A DNA stretch of 64,000 nucleotides, from contig NIVC01001867.1 of the NCBI GenBank assembly GCA_002269645.1, positions 1 to 64,000 of the forward strand, given 5' to 3'. The notes beneath the pieces are model-generated. The model saw only the letters and a list, made by a program, of their open reading frames with translations, was not told where the DNA came from and made no database searches. A program made the position numbers and the translations under genes. Of the stretch, positions 1 through 12,343 are shown piece by piece (position 1 is the stretch's first letter; every line of letters starts with the position of its first letter). The stretch comes from Macrostomum lignano (lineage: Eukaryota).

Positions 1-1297
1 TTCGCACTTCACAGCTTATCTTCAGCATCCAAAAAATTGGCAATTAGCAGGACGCTAAAACTAAAACGGCCGCGAGGCTAAAGCCTTTGGACCAAGACCA
101 AACACGAACGCCAAGGCCCACAACCCCACGCACGCATATAGTCAGCCCGGAGGCCAACCCCCAAAGCGACCCCCTCCTGGCTCTCCAAGAGCTCATGCAA
201 AGGTCAAGGCGACGCAAACAAATAGGGTTTTGTTAACTAATAAAACCAAAGCATAAAAGACGTAAAAGGCGCTTTGCCTATGAGTCATCGCTGCAAGAGA
301 GTCGACCTCCAGTCAAGCAAATACAATACAACAATAATTAATTATGTTCACTTTGCTGACAACTGAGCTCGCGAGCAAGGACCACTTGTAGGGGGGGGGG
401 GCAAGCTATACCAAGCAACTACAACCAACATTAGAAAATCTAAACGCATAATCAGCCAATTTGGGCCATACATTTTTAGCCACGACAAAGGGTGGGGCAA
501 GGACCGCTGTAGTATAACAGGACACGGGAAAAATTACAAAGATGGTGTAATTTTTTAGGTCAACTTCGTGGAAAAATGGTGATAGGAAAAATCATTTTTT
601 ATCATATGATGATTGCCTTTGATCTAAAGCAGTGAAGATTACCATTCTTTTAATTTAGCATCGAAGTCCATCGAAGCCACTCCAGAACATCCGGTCCGAT
701 TCGCTAAAACATTACTGGCTTTGTTTTACATTGCTTTCGTCATCGCCTATATTGAAATGCTGCCGTCTCTGCCTGCCGCAGTCATGGCTTGTATTATTAG
801 CGGGCTGAATGCTTCTTTTTCTAATCATCCTACTTTCTTATCTGTGCCTTCAGCTCTCTACGACTGCTTCGCTAACTGATGAAATTCTGGTGTACACATG
901 GCCCCGTGCACCTTCACCTGTGACCTAAACTCAAAACTCTTTTAGGTCAGTTCGACCACCTCACTCTCAGCATGCAATTAGACACAAAGCCATGATGATA
1001 ATATATTGTCTCGCCTCGCCGGGGACTTGGATGTGCTCACCTATCCACTTCTGTCTCTGTCTCTCCTAATTTCTTTCCACAGAGAAGGACCGAAGAGCAA
1101 CACAGCAATTTATTTTATAAAGTTGGCACACGTTCTGTAACAAGCAGCTGCTGTTACACAAAGAGAAAGTACTTATGCAAATTTTTTCTATTCTCTCCTC
1201 AAGCAAAACATTTTGAGCTCAAAAACATTCCCGCACGCACTAACTCAAACTGCAGACAAAAGCAATAGAAGCTTGTTGCTATCATTTTAATACAGCC

Positions 1298-2830
1298 ATG
1301 CTCGACTTGCAGGCTGCATTCAGTGACATTGGCGGCTTCGGCCTCTACCAGGTTCTCGTCTGTATCGTCGGCTGCTTCACATTGATCTCCAGCGGGATGA
1401 TCATCGCTGGTGGAGCTTTCCACAACCTCATGACCTGCAGCGCCAACGCGACTGCGGAAGACATTGTCTCCGCGGCCAACAGCAGCCAGCACGGCTTCAC
1501 GACGTCCGTCAGCGCCGAGTACGGTCTCTGTGACAGTCAGGCTTCTCTCGGAGAGTTGTCCGCCGTCTTTCTGCTCGCCGGCTGCATCCCCGGCTCGTTG
1601 ATGGCCGGTCCAGCAGCAGACAGCATCGGGCGAATTCCCGGACTGCTGATCGGCCTTTTGTGCACTCTGGCCACCAATCTGCTGGCCGCGCTAGCGCCGC
1701 AGTTCTGGCTGCACCTGGCCAGCCGTCTTGTCTGCGGCTTCTTCGTCAGCTGCACTCTCGGCTCAGTGTTTGTGTACGGCAACGAAGTGCTGCTGACGGA
1801 GCACCGGGGCAGATTCGTCAAGACGTACAACCTTGGCACTGCCATAGGTGGAATCCTGCTAGCTCTTCTGGCTTTTGTCCTACGAGACTACAAGTGGCTG
1901 ATGATCGCTAACAGCTTCTTCATTATTCCGTCAATCTTTGTGGTCGCCTTCCTACCCGAGAGTCCGTCCTGGCTGCTCTCACAAAGAACGAAATCCGTCA
2001 AGAAGGTGAGGCGAGCGCTGCAGAAGATTGCATGGATCAACAGGCGCCCATTACCAGAGAGTGTTCTCAGTCTGAGCTTGGGTAGTCAAGGTGAGGAGTC
2101 GCTGCAGCTCGAAGAGAACGGAGAGCTTCTCGACACTCAGCAAACCAAAGACCACAGGAGGCCTCGCTCGATACTGCGAGGGTCGCTGTGCACCTCCATC
2201 AAGAAACTGCTATCAGATAGGGTGTCGGTATTCCGCCTGCTGTCCACTTGCCTGTACAGTTTCAGCAGCGGCTTCGCCTACTACGGTTTCACGTTCGTGA
2301 TCACCCACGCCGTGCCGAACATCTATATCACCTTCGCTCTCATGGCCGCTGTGGAGCCACCATCTCTGCTTCTCCTGAATACATTCAGTCGGGGCCGCAC
2401 TCTGTTCGTTAGCGCGCTGGTCACCGTCGGCTGTTGTTTCTCCATCGGCATCATCTTCGCCACAGTGCCGGCAGCAGAAGACGGACAGCTCAGCATGATC
2501 GTCATCGTTCTTTTGGTCTTCCTGGCCGTGAGCGGCAAGTTCTTCTCGAACATCGCCTTCTGTGCCATCATGGCGGTCGGGGCAGAGATCTACCCGACAG
2601 CGGTACGCAACACGGGACTCGGGCTGCTGATGGCCACCCTGCGGACCGGCTGCATGCTGTCGCCGCTGGTGAACTTCATCCCCTACATGCCGGCCAGGTT
2701 CGCCACCCTCGGTCTCGCCTGTCTCGTTGCCGCCTTTCCGACCCGCAGTCTTCCGGACACTCGCATCCAAGACCTGACCGAGACAGTGCCGACCGATGGG
2801 CCACAGCCGCCACCGCCATCCGTCGCTTGA
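1298..2830 (+). CDS. SLC22-like organic cation/anion transporter (MFS), copy 1, intronless CDS, 510 aa
   Basis: Intact ORF with multiple hydrophobic segments and SLC22/MFS signatures: GPAADSIGR (motif A), LPESPSWL (PESPRWL-like), EIYPTAVRNTGLG, LPDT at the C-terminus. Confidence 0.9.
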   Translation: MLDLQAAFSDIGGFGLYQVLVCIVGCFTLISSGMIIAGGAFHNLMTCSANATAEDIVSAANSSQHGFTTSVSAEYGLCDSQASLGELSAVFLLAGCIPGSLMAGPAADSIGRIPGLLIGLLCTLATNLLAALAPQFWLHLASRLVCGFFVSCTLGSVFVYGNEVLLTEHRGRFVKTYNLGTAIGGILLALLAFVLRDYKWLMIANSFFIIPSIFVVAFLPESPSWLLSQRTKSVKKVRRALQKIAWINRRPLPESVLSLSLGSQGEESLQLEENGELLDTQQTKDHRRPRSILRGSLCTSIKKLLSDRVSVFRLLSTCLYSFSSGFAYYGFTFVITHAVPNIYITFALMAAVEPPSLLLLNTFSRGRTLFVSALVTVGCCFSIGIIFATVPAAEDGQLSMIVIVLLVFLAVSGKFFSNIAFCAIMAVGAEIYPTAVRNTGLGLLMATLRTGCMLSPLVNFIPYMPARFATLGLACLVAAFPTRSLPDTRIQDLTETVPTDGPQPPPPSVA

Positions 2831-3854
2831 AATTTTACAGAAAAATCAAAATAAGAATGCTGAGATAATATTGCACACGAATGAATCGATGGGACTAAAG
2901 AACTTTTTTGCGGGAAAAGAATTTCTCTACATGTACGAGTAGTACATATTATATAAACATAGCTGCCATACGAAAGAAAGCATTAGTGGGCGAAACGTTT
3001 TGTATTTTAAACGAAAGTCGGTTGCAGAGATATAAAAAAACGCATACCAATAACATTTTTCTCCTTCTGCTTCCTCTCTCTGTCTCCATTTCCGGCTCCC
3101 TATTCGCCGCTTTTCGCCTGTGTATTTGCCTCTATCGCCCCTCTATCTCATTCTCTCTCACACCTCTCTCAGAAACTCTGTTCTTAAACACTGAACAAGT
3201 TTCACGGGTTGATCTCCTGCCAGCGTGTTTAGCCATACACATAGAAGGCTGCATGCACTGTGCGATTGTGCGATCCCGAGCCCAGTTGCCACCTGTAAAC
3301 AACTGAGTGATCATGATGTATTTGGACGCGTGGATGCTCGATCTCTGTCTGCCTCTCTTTCCCCTTCCTCCCTACACTGACTCGCCCCTCGTATGGAGTC
3401 GTGATTTCAGTCCACAGGGTCCAAAGTTGAAAGGAGCAACATATATGAGAGAGCTTAGCAATAAGAGAGCAGTCGCCAAAAGCGAGATAAGCGTTGAAAC
3501 AAGCAGCTTCTGCTGCATTAAAAAGTATTTATGTAGCTTTTTCTCTTCTGGGTGCACAAATGTTGTTACTGACAGCTAGAATGAGTAGGAGGCGCACGTG
3601 AGCTAACCACAAGAGAGAGCAAAGGTAGAGCTCAAAGGGCGTTAGATAAATCATTATTTACTATCATGTGTAAATGACACTGAAAAGTGACTACTTTAAG
3701 CGATTGCGATCTGGAAAGCTCAATTACTAACAACATGTACAAAACGCTGTGAAACAAATAAAACACAAAGTAAATAACAGAGCTTCCTGCTATCAGCCAG
3801 CTCGCGACCATCATTTCCTGATATACTGCTGCTGCTGCTGCTGCTGCTGCTGCA

Positions 3855-5359
3855 ATGCTTGACTTACAGACTACCTTCAACGACATCGGTGGCTTCGGCC
3901 TCTACCAACTGATCGTCTGCATTGTTGGCTGCTTAACCTGCGGCTTCTGTGGGATGATCATCGCAGGCAGTGCCTTCCACAACCTCATGACCTGCAGCGC
4001 CAACGCGACTGCGGAAGACATTGTCGCCGCGGCTAACAGCAGCCAGCACGGCTTCACGACGTCCGTCAGCGCCGAGTACGGTCTTGTGACAGTCAGGCCT
4101 CTCTCGGTGAGTTATCCGGCGTTTTGCTGCTCGCAGGCTGTATCCCCGGTTCGCTGATAGCTGGCCCGGCCTCGGACAGCATGGGCGAATTCCCGGACTG
4201 CTGATCGGCCTTTTGTGCACTCTGGCCACCAATCTGCTGGCCGCGCTAGCGCCGCAGTTCTGGCTGCACCTGGCCAGCCGTCTTGGCTGCGGATTCTTCG
4301 TCAGCTGCACCGTCGGTTCAATGTTTGTGTACGGCAACGAGGTGCTGATGACGGAGCATCGGGACAGGTTTGTTAAGACTTTTAACCTTGGCACCACTGT
4401 GGGTGGCATCCTGCTGGCCTTTCTAGCCTTTTCCCTCCGAGACTACAAGTGGCTGATGATCGCTAACAGCTTCTTCATTATTCCGTCAATCTTTGTGGTC
4501 GCCTTCCTACCCGAGAGTCCGTCCTGGCTGCTCTCGCAAAGAACGAAATCCGTCAAGAAGGTGAGGCGAGCGCTGCAGAAGATTGCATGGATCAACAGGC
4601 GCCCATTGCCAGAGAGTGTTCTCAGTCTGAGCTCGGGTGGTCAAGGTGAGGAGTCGCTGCAGCTCGAAGAGAACGGAGAGCTTCTCGACACTCAGCAAAC
4701 CAAAGACCATGGGAGGCCTCGCGCGATGCTGGGAGGGTCGCTCTGCACTGCCATCAAGAAACTGCTATCAGATAGGGTGTCGATATTCCGCTTGTTATCC
4801 ACTTGCCTGTACAGTTTCAGCAGCGGCTTCGCTTACTACGGCTTTCCATTCGTGATCACCCACGCCGTACCGAACATCTATATCACCTTCGCTCTCATGG
4901 CCGCTGTGGAGTCACCGGCTCTGCCATTGCTGAACATATTCAGTCGGGGCCGCACTCTGTTTTTCAGCGGGTGGCAATCTTCTGCTGTTGCTTTTTTATC
5001 GGAATTATTTTTTTCGTTGTGCCTACACAGCTCAGCACTGGTGTCATGGTTCTTTTGGTCTTCCTGGCCGTGAGTGGCAAGTTCTTCTCGAACATCGCCT
5101 TCTGTGCCATCATGGCGGTCGGGGCAGAGATCTACCCGACAGCGGTACGCAACACGGGACTCGGGCTGCTGATGGCCACCCTGCGGACCGGCTGCATGCT
5201 GTCGCCGCTGTGAACTTCATCCCCTACATGCCGGCCAGGTTCGCCACCCTCGGTCTCGCCTGTCTCGTTGCCGCCTTTCCGACCCGCAGTCTTCCGGACA
5301 CTCGCATCCAAGACCTGACCGAGACAGTGCCGACAGCTGCTGGTGGCGTTCGATTGTGA
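3855..5359 (+). pseudogene. SLC22-like transporter copy 2, broken by four 1-bp deletions (pseudogene or assembly errors)
   Basis: Colinear with copies 1 and 3 over the whole length. Single-base deletions relative to them at ~4086 (ggtcttgtg vs ggtctctgtg), ~4182 (agcatggg vs agcatcggg), ~4970 (agcgggtgg vs agcggggtgg) and ~5210 (ccgctgtgaac vs ccgctggtgaac) split it into the ORF-track fragments. Confidence 0.8.
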
Positions 5360-5960
5360 AGAAAAGAGGCACGGTGAAAATGTACAGCATCCGAATTGAC
5401 AGGCTTGATCCCAGCCGAAGCCACTTCTGGGACGTTTGCTTGTTAAATTTCTGCCATCAGGAGAGTCTAAAGTGAGATTGTAAATCGTGACGTGAGCCTC
5501 CGTTTCTCACCTCCCTTTGTCACAACCTAAAAATTCAGTCTTCTCATGAGAAATCAACCTGTCTGTTGATGAGTGATTCTGTTGCAGGTATTGCTTGCTG
5601 ATCGCGGAAACATTTTTAATTAGAGATTTCCAGAAAAAGATTTTGGTTTGCGGATGCGCTAAGCAGGCAAAATGTGTTCTGAGGACTGGCCATTTCGCCT
5701 CTTTCGGGTGGCTCCTTAGCAGTGTGGCGCTTGTCTACAAGCAGTTTTGCACAGCCTGGAGCAGATAGTCACTAATCTCCAAGCCGTTATATTTCTCAAT
5801 GTTTGCAACTTTGCAATGTAAATTTATTTTTTACGACTATTTATCTTACTTATCTTATTTATCTTATCATTATTTATTTTCTTTATAATATATGTCTAGT
5901 CTTGTTTTAGCTATGTTAAACGACTACCATCAGATTGGTATCATTACTATTATCATCAGA

Positions 5961-7718
5961 GCACCATTCCCCCAGATTAGCATCACTCCCCCAGATTAGC
6001 ACCACTCCCCCAGATTAGCACCACTCCCCAAGATTAGCACCATTCCCCAGATTAGCATCACTCCCCAGATTAGCACCACTCCCCAAGATTAGCACCATTC
6101 CCCCAGATTAGCATCACTCCCCAGATTAGCACCACTCCCCAAGATTAGCACCACTCCCCAAGATTAGCACCACTCCCCAAGATTAGCACCATTCCCCCAG
6201 ATTAGCATCACTCCCCCAGATTAGCACTACTCCCCTAGATTAGCACTACTCCCCAGATTAGCACCACTCCTCCAGATTAGCACCACTCCCCAGATTAGCA
6301 CCACTCCTCCAGATTAGCATCACTACCCCAGATTAGCATCACTACCCCAGATTAGCACTACTCCCCCAGATTAGCACCACTCCCCCAGATTAGCACTACT
6401 CCCCAGATTAGCACCACTCCCCCAGATTAGCACTACTCCTCCAGATTAGCACCACTCCCCAGATTAGCACCACTCCCCCAGATTAGCACCACTCCCCCAG
6501 ATTAGCACCACTCCCCAGATTAGCACCACTCCCCCAGATTAGCACTACTCCCCAGATTAGCACCACTCCTCCAGATTAGCACCACTCCCCAGATTAGCAC
6601 CACTCCTCCAGATTAGCACCACTCCTCCAGATTAGCATACTCCCAGATTAGCACCACTCCCCAGATTAGCACCACTCCCCAGATTAGCACCACTCCCCAG
6701 ATTAGCACCACTCCCCAGATTAGCACCACTCCCCAGATTAGCACTACTCCTCCAGATTAGCACCACTCCCCCAGATTAGCACCACTCCCCCAGATTAGCA
6801 CCACTCCCCAGATTAGCACCACTCCCCAGATTAGCACCACTCCTCCAGATTAGCACCACTCCCCAGATTAGCACCACTCCCCCAGATTAGCACACTCCCA
6901 GATTAGCACCACTCCCCCAGATTAGCACCACTCCCCAGATTAGCACCACTCATCCAGATTAGCACCTGCACTCCCCCAGATTAGCACCACTCCCCCAGAT
7001 TAGCACCACTCCCAAGATTAGCACCTCACTCCCAGATTAGCACCACTCCCCAGATTAGCACCACTCCCCAGATTAGCACCACTCCCCAGATTAGCACCAC
7101 TCCCCAGATTAGCACCACTCCCCAGATTAGCACCACTCCCCAGATTAGCACCTCACTCCCCAGATTAGCACCTCACTACCCCAGATTAGCACACTACCCC
7201 AGATTAGCACCACTCCCCAGATTAGCACCACTCCCCAGATTAGCACCACTCCCCAGATTAGAACTCCCCCAGATTAGAACACTCCCCCAGATTAGAAACA
7301 CTCCCCAGATTAGAAACACTCCCCCAGATTAGAAACCACTCCCCCAGATTAGAAACACTCCCCCAGATTAGAACTCCCCCAGATTAGAACACTCCCCCAG
7401 ATTAGAAACACTCCCCAGATTAGAAACACTCCCCAGATTAGAAACACTCCCCAGATTAGAAACACTCCCAGATTAGAAACACTCCCCCAGATTAGAAACA
7501 CTCCCCCAGATTAGAAACACTCCCCAGATTAGAAACACTCCCCCAGATTAGAAACACTCCCCAGATTAGAAACACTCCCCCAGATTAGAAACACTCCCCA
7601 GATTAGAAACACTCCCCAGATTAGAAACACTCCCCCAGATTAGAAACACTCCCCCAGATTAGCACCACTCCCCCAGATTAGAAACACTCCCCCAGATTAG
7701 AAACACTCCCCTAGATTA
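5961..7718. repeat. Minisatellite, ~18-19 bp unit (CCCCAGATTAGCACCACT), switching to an AGAAACACT variant in the last ~450 bp
   Basis: Directly visible tandem units between SLC22 copies 2 and 3. Confidence 0.95.
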
Positions 7719-10543
7719 ACATTTACTCACAGCAGATTGGCACTGCTCTAGAATATTAACACAGTTCCAGCTAAATATCTTCTAATTCAAATGTAAAAAA
7801 TATTAAAGTGCGCTAGTAAAGCATTGATTCTGCATGGAAGACAGTAATTAATCTCAGGTAAAAAACTGACTTGGTTTTAATTCAGATAAATTCTCTGCTT
7901 TATTGCAGACCTAAACTGCCAAACTGTAGCCTATGCCAAGTCCTTCCTGTCTACAAAACGGCTGCTCCGAATATTGACGGATGGGCACAAAAATTATTCA
8001 CGGGCAGTCAACGAAAGTAAAATATCTATAGGTCGTACATCTATGATGCTCGAATTTGATTGCGCAACATACAGTCAAGCAGAGGCACATTAATAAAGGA
8101 AGCAAATTCTGTCTCAACGGATTGAGGCCGAACTCGTCTGCCAACTCAGCCGATCGACGTTGCGCTCTATGCTTCTGCAGAGCTTGCAGAAGAAAATCAC
8201 GCTCTCCTGCCGACTCAGCCGATCGTGTTTACGCTGACCGATCTCTGTTTTGCTGCAGGCGCTTCTCTCGTGCATCGGCATTCTCCTCTCTCCGACGTCG
8301 CTTTGCCTCGCGACTCTTGTGCAACTCATTTTTAGCACCACGTTTGGTCAGATCGTACAGCATTGTGCAATGCCGAGGTTTAGTTGAACTTAAATCAATT
8401 CGAGTCTAGTGTATATATATGGATATACATTCGATTCTACATGCCACATATATGTTTCTACTGAAGTATATGTTAGAACAAATTGAATAAATGTTGGTAA
8501 TCAGATCATGAGCAGAAACCAATGATATAAAATTGAAAATTGAGCAATAGATGCGTGAAAAATACACTACAGAGATCTCTAGCTATAGACGCTTCTACAA
8601 AAAGCAGAAAAAAAATTTAGCTGTCTTCTTTTCATATAATTACATATCATTCGGAGAAAACGCAATCAGAACTGGTCAATTGGGTTCAATCTCTAGAGCG
8701 CTACAGACAGACAGACAAACAGATCTTACACAATTAGTATGTGGATGAGCTTGAGCTTCTGTGGCAACTTGGACACCGTGATCCTGCTGAAGAAGTTAAT
8801 CAGTGGACTGATCTGAGCGCAGGACAGCAGCAGTTGCTTGGCACAGAATTGTCCAATCCAAGCATTTTGTGTGCCGAATGCCGAGCTTCCGCGGAAACTG
8901 ACAGGAGAAGAGGAAGCTGCTGTGCAAGAAGTCGAGGAGCCAAACATAAATAGACTACGGATCAAACCGCTCTCCACGTGACGCACTATAGAAATATCTA
9001 GTGGGGTGGGCCATGTATTTGAACTATTGATGAACTATCCAACCGCATATCATTCTGTGTTCTCAAACGTTATTTACTGATTAATTCTTATGTTTATTTT
9101 GCGTTTCATTGCTGCTGTGCTTGCTTCCGCAGTGAAATTACTGAGACGAAAAGTTATCCTATTTTACCCATGCTTAAATCAGTCTTGAGCAGATTCACTT
9201 TTACCATAGACAGTGACGGCGGACAAATGTAGAGCGTTTCAATCGCGTTTCAACCCAGGTAGCCCATCCGTAACGGGCATCACTGCTGGCCACAGCCATC
9301 ACTGCCGTGCAGATCGTCAGCTCAGACCAGCAGTGTGATCTTGACAACACCATGTACCACGTTCACTTTGCCGAGAGAATTCAACAAAACTGATTGCCTG
9401 TTAACGTTGACGTTGGTGACTGACCAAGCTGATACACGGCGAGTAACATGCTGGCAATATTGGTGGAGAATCGATGAGATTTACTTTGAGACAGCAGTCC
9501 TAAAACTAGTCCGCGCCATGTTTAAAAACAACTTTCGCAATAAATTTCGAACCTACTTGACTACTTGCAGTAGAGTAACGTAAACTCATCTCAGATGTTG
9601 AGAAAGGCTGCATTGGCTTGGCTAGAGTTAGTGAGAATCCATCTGTGAGAGAAGTGCACTTTGCGAGGCTGCAGGGAGTTTAAAGCTTGAATTCTGGTTG
9701 GCTGAACGGATACATGCACTTACAGCATTCCAAAGAGCATTTTGTCAGTGTTCAGTAGCGCAAAACTGCAGCTCCTCAGCTAGGGATTCTGTGCTCCTTT
9801 CTCTCTGCATCGTGCTCCCCTCTCCATTCCCTCTTTCTGCTTCCGCACACCCCGCCTTCTCCCCGTCCCCATCCGCCTTCCACCTCTCAATCTGCACTGC
9901 AATGACGGCCGTTCTCCGTTCACTAACTGACTTTGCTGCACAATGCCCTGCCATCACCAGTGGCCTGCATGCAGTCACAAAGTCCGCTAGATGCTACATC
10001 GATAACTACTTTGACCTCTAACTGGTTTCTCCCCCCTCTGTAATTACATTCTATCAGACTCTGGGCAGAGTCTACCAGCAAATAAACAGAAAAAAGTGCG
10101 GTCGAAAAAAACTATACAGTAGTGCGGCATAATACTCTCTCACCGGGGACATGCATGTACTCTCTGTCTCTTCATCTCTGTCTCTCGCTGCCTTTCCCCA
10201 ACTTCTTTCCGCGGAGCAGGCGTAGCAATTTTTTATGCAGATGAAATTCGGCCCCCACAGAGAGACCAGCTTGTCGACCAACAGCTGCGGCAGCGTTCAA
10301 AAACATGCAATGTTTATAAAGCCCTTTTCTCTTTAGGTTTTTCACTCTCATAAAATCGGCTTAGCAAAGTAGCTTTGCCGAGACCATAAATAAAAAAGAC
10401 TGTCGCTGCCACCAGATCTACAAAAGATTTTAGATTTCGGTCAGATGAAACACTTGGCTATCCAGGCATAAATAATAAAGCCGCCAGGTCTTCCCGCCAG
10501 TCCAGGATCATTTCTTTTGGCTGTTACTGCTGCTACCGCTGCC

Positions 10544-12073
10544 ATGCTTGACCTACAGGCTACTTTCAGGGACATCGGCGGCTTTGGCCTCTACCAGGTT
10601 ATCGTCTGCATTGTTGGCTGCTTAACCTGCGGCTTCTGCGGGATGATCATCGCTGGTGGAGCTTTCCACAACCTCATGACCTGCAGCGCCAACGCGACTG
10701 CGGAAGACATTGTCGCCGCGGCCAACAGCAGCCAGCACGGCTTCACGACGTCCGTCAGCGCCGAGTACGGTCTCTGTGACAGTCAGGCCTCTCTCGGTGA
10801 GTTGTCCGGCGTCTTCCTACTTGCCGGCTGCATCCCCGGCTCATTGATGGCCGGGCCAGCAGCAGACAGCATCGGGCGAATTCCCGGACTGCTGATCGGC
10901 CTGTTGTGCACTCTGGCCACCAATCTGCTGGCCGCGCTAGCGCCGCAGTTCTGGCTGCATCTGGCCAGCCGTCTTGTCTGCGGCTTCTTCGCCAGCTGGA
11001 CTATGGGCTCAGTGTTTGTGTACGGCAACGAGGTGCTGATGACGGAGCACCGGGGCAGGTACGTCAAGTCGTACAATCTGGGCACAGCTCAAGGCGGTGT
11101 CTTGCTGGCTCTTCTGGCTTTTGCACTACGAGACTACAAGTGGTTGATGATCGCTAACAGCTTCTTCGTTATACCGCCGGTCATTGCAATCGCTTTTCTG
11201 CCCGAGAGTCCGTCCTGGCTGCTCTCACAACGAACGAAATCCGTCAAGAAGGTGAAACGAGCGCTGCAGAAGATTGCATGGATCAACAGGCGCTCATTGC
11301 CAGAGAGTGTTCTCAGTCTGAGCTCGGGTGGTCAAGGTGAGGAGTCGCTGCAGCTCGAAGAGAACGGAGAGCTTCTCGAGACTCAGCAAACCAAAGACCA
11401 TGGGACGCCTCGCGCGATGCTCGGAGGCTCGCTGTGCACCTCCATCAAGAAGCTGCTATCAGACAGGGTAGTGGTCTTCCGCCTGTTGTCCACTTGCCTG
11501 TACAGTTTCAGCAGCGGTTTTGCTTTCTACGGTTTCACGTTCGTGATCACCCACGCCGTACCGAACATCTATATCACCTTCGCTCTCATGGCCGCTGTGG
11601 AGACACCGGCTCTGCCATTGCTGAACATATTCAGTCGGGGCCGCACTCTGTTTTTCAGCGGGGTGGCAATCTTTTGCTGCTGCGTTGCGATCATTATTGT
11701 TTTTGTCACCGTGCATTCCGAAGACGAGCAGCTTAGCACTGGTGTCATCGTTCTTTTGGTCTTCCTGGCCGTGAGCGGCAAGTTCTTCTCGAACATCGCC
11801 TTCTGTGCCATCACGGCGGTCGGAGCGGAGATCTACCCGACAGCGGTACGCAACACCGGACTTGGGCTCCTGATGGCCACCCTGCGGACCGGCTGCATGC
11901 TGTCGCCGCTGGTGAACTTCATCCCCTACATCCCGGCCAGGTTCGCCACCATCGGCCTCGCCTGTTTCGTTGCCGCCTTTCCGACCCGCAGTCTGCCGGA
12001 CACTCGCATCCAAGACCTGACCGAGACACTGGTGACCGATGGGCCACAGCCGCCACTGCCATCGGCTGCGTGA
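10544..12073 (+). CDS. SLC22-like organic cation/anion transporter (MFS), copy 3, intronless CDS, 509 aa
   Basis: Intact ORF paralogous to copy 1 with the same motifs. The ATG at 10544 aligns with the ATGs of copies 1 and 2; the track's TTG start at 10517 is not needed. Confidence 0.9.
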   Translation: MLDLQATFRDIGGFGLYQVIVCIVGCLTCGFCGMIIAGGAFHNLMTCSANATAEDIVAAANSSQHGFTTSVSAEYGLCDSQASLGELSGVFLLAGCIPGSLMAGPAADSIGRIPGLLIGLLCTLATNLLAALAPQFWLHLASRLVCGFFASWTMGSVFVYGNEVLMTEHRGRYVKSYNLGTAQGGVLLALLAFALRDYKWLMIANSFFVIPPVIAIAFLPESPSWLLSQRTKSVKKVKRALQKIAWINRRSLPESVLSLSSGGQGEESLQLEENGELLETQQTKDHGTPRAMLGGSLCTSIKKLLSDRVVVFRLLSTCLYSFSSGFAFYGFTFVITHAVPNIYITFALMAAVETPALPLLNIFSRGRTLFFSGVAIFCCCVAIIIVFVTVHSEDEQLSTGVIVLLVFLAVSGKFFSNIAFCAITAVGAEIYPTAVRNTGLGLLMATLRTGCMLSPLVNFIPYIPARFATIGLACFVAAFPTRSLPDTRIQDLTETLVTDGPQPPLPSAA

Positions 12074-12343
12074 ATTTCGGAACTGAATGAAGAATGAAGA
12101 GAATGAATTGAACTCGCGTGCACCGCGGTGACTTCTGCATGAATTTGGAAGGAATTCGTTTTTTATCCACCGAAGAACATCATCGTGAAAAAATAAATTT
12201 TTGTTGCAAAATATTTTTTCAGATTTTGTCTAAATGCAGAGTTTTAGACAGACTGAAAGTTTTGAATTTTTTCCACAGTTGATTGCAGCTTATTATTCTA
12301 GATCGTCGGTGCAGCAGCTTAGACAGGTAGACGGATGGTGTAG

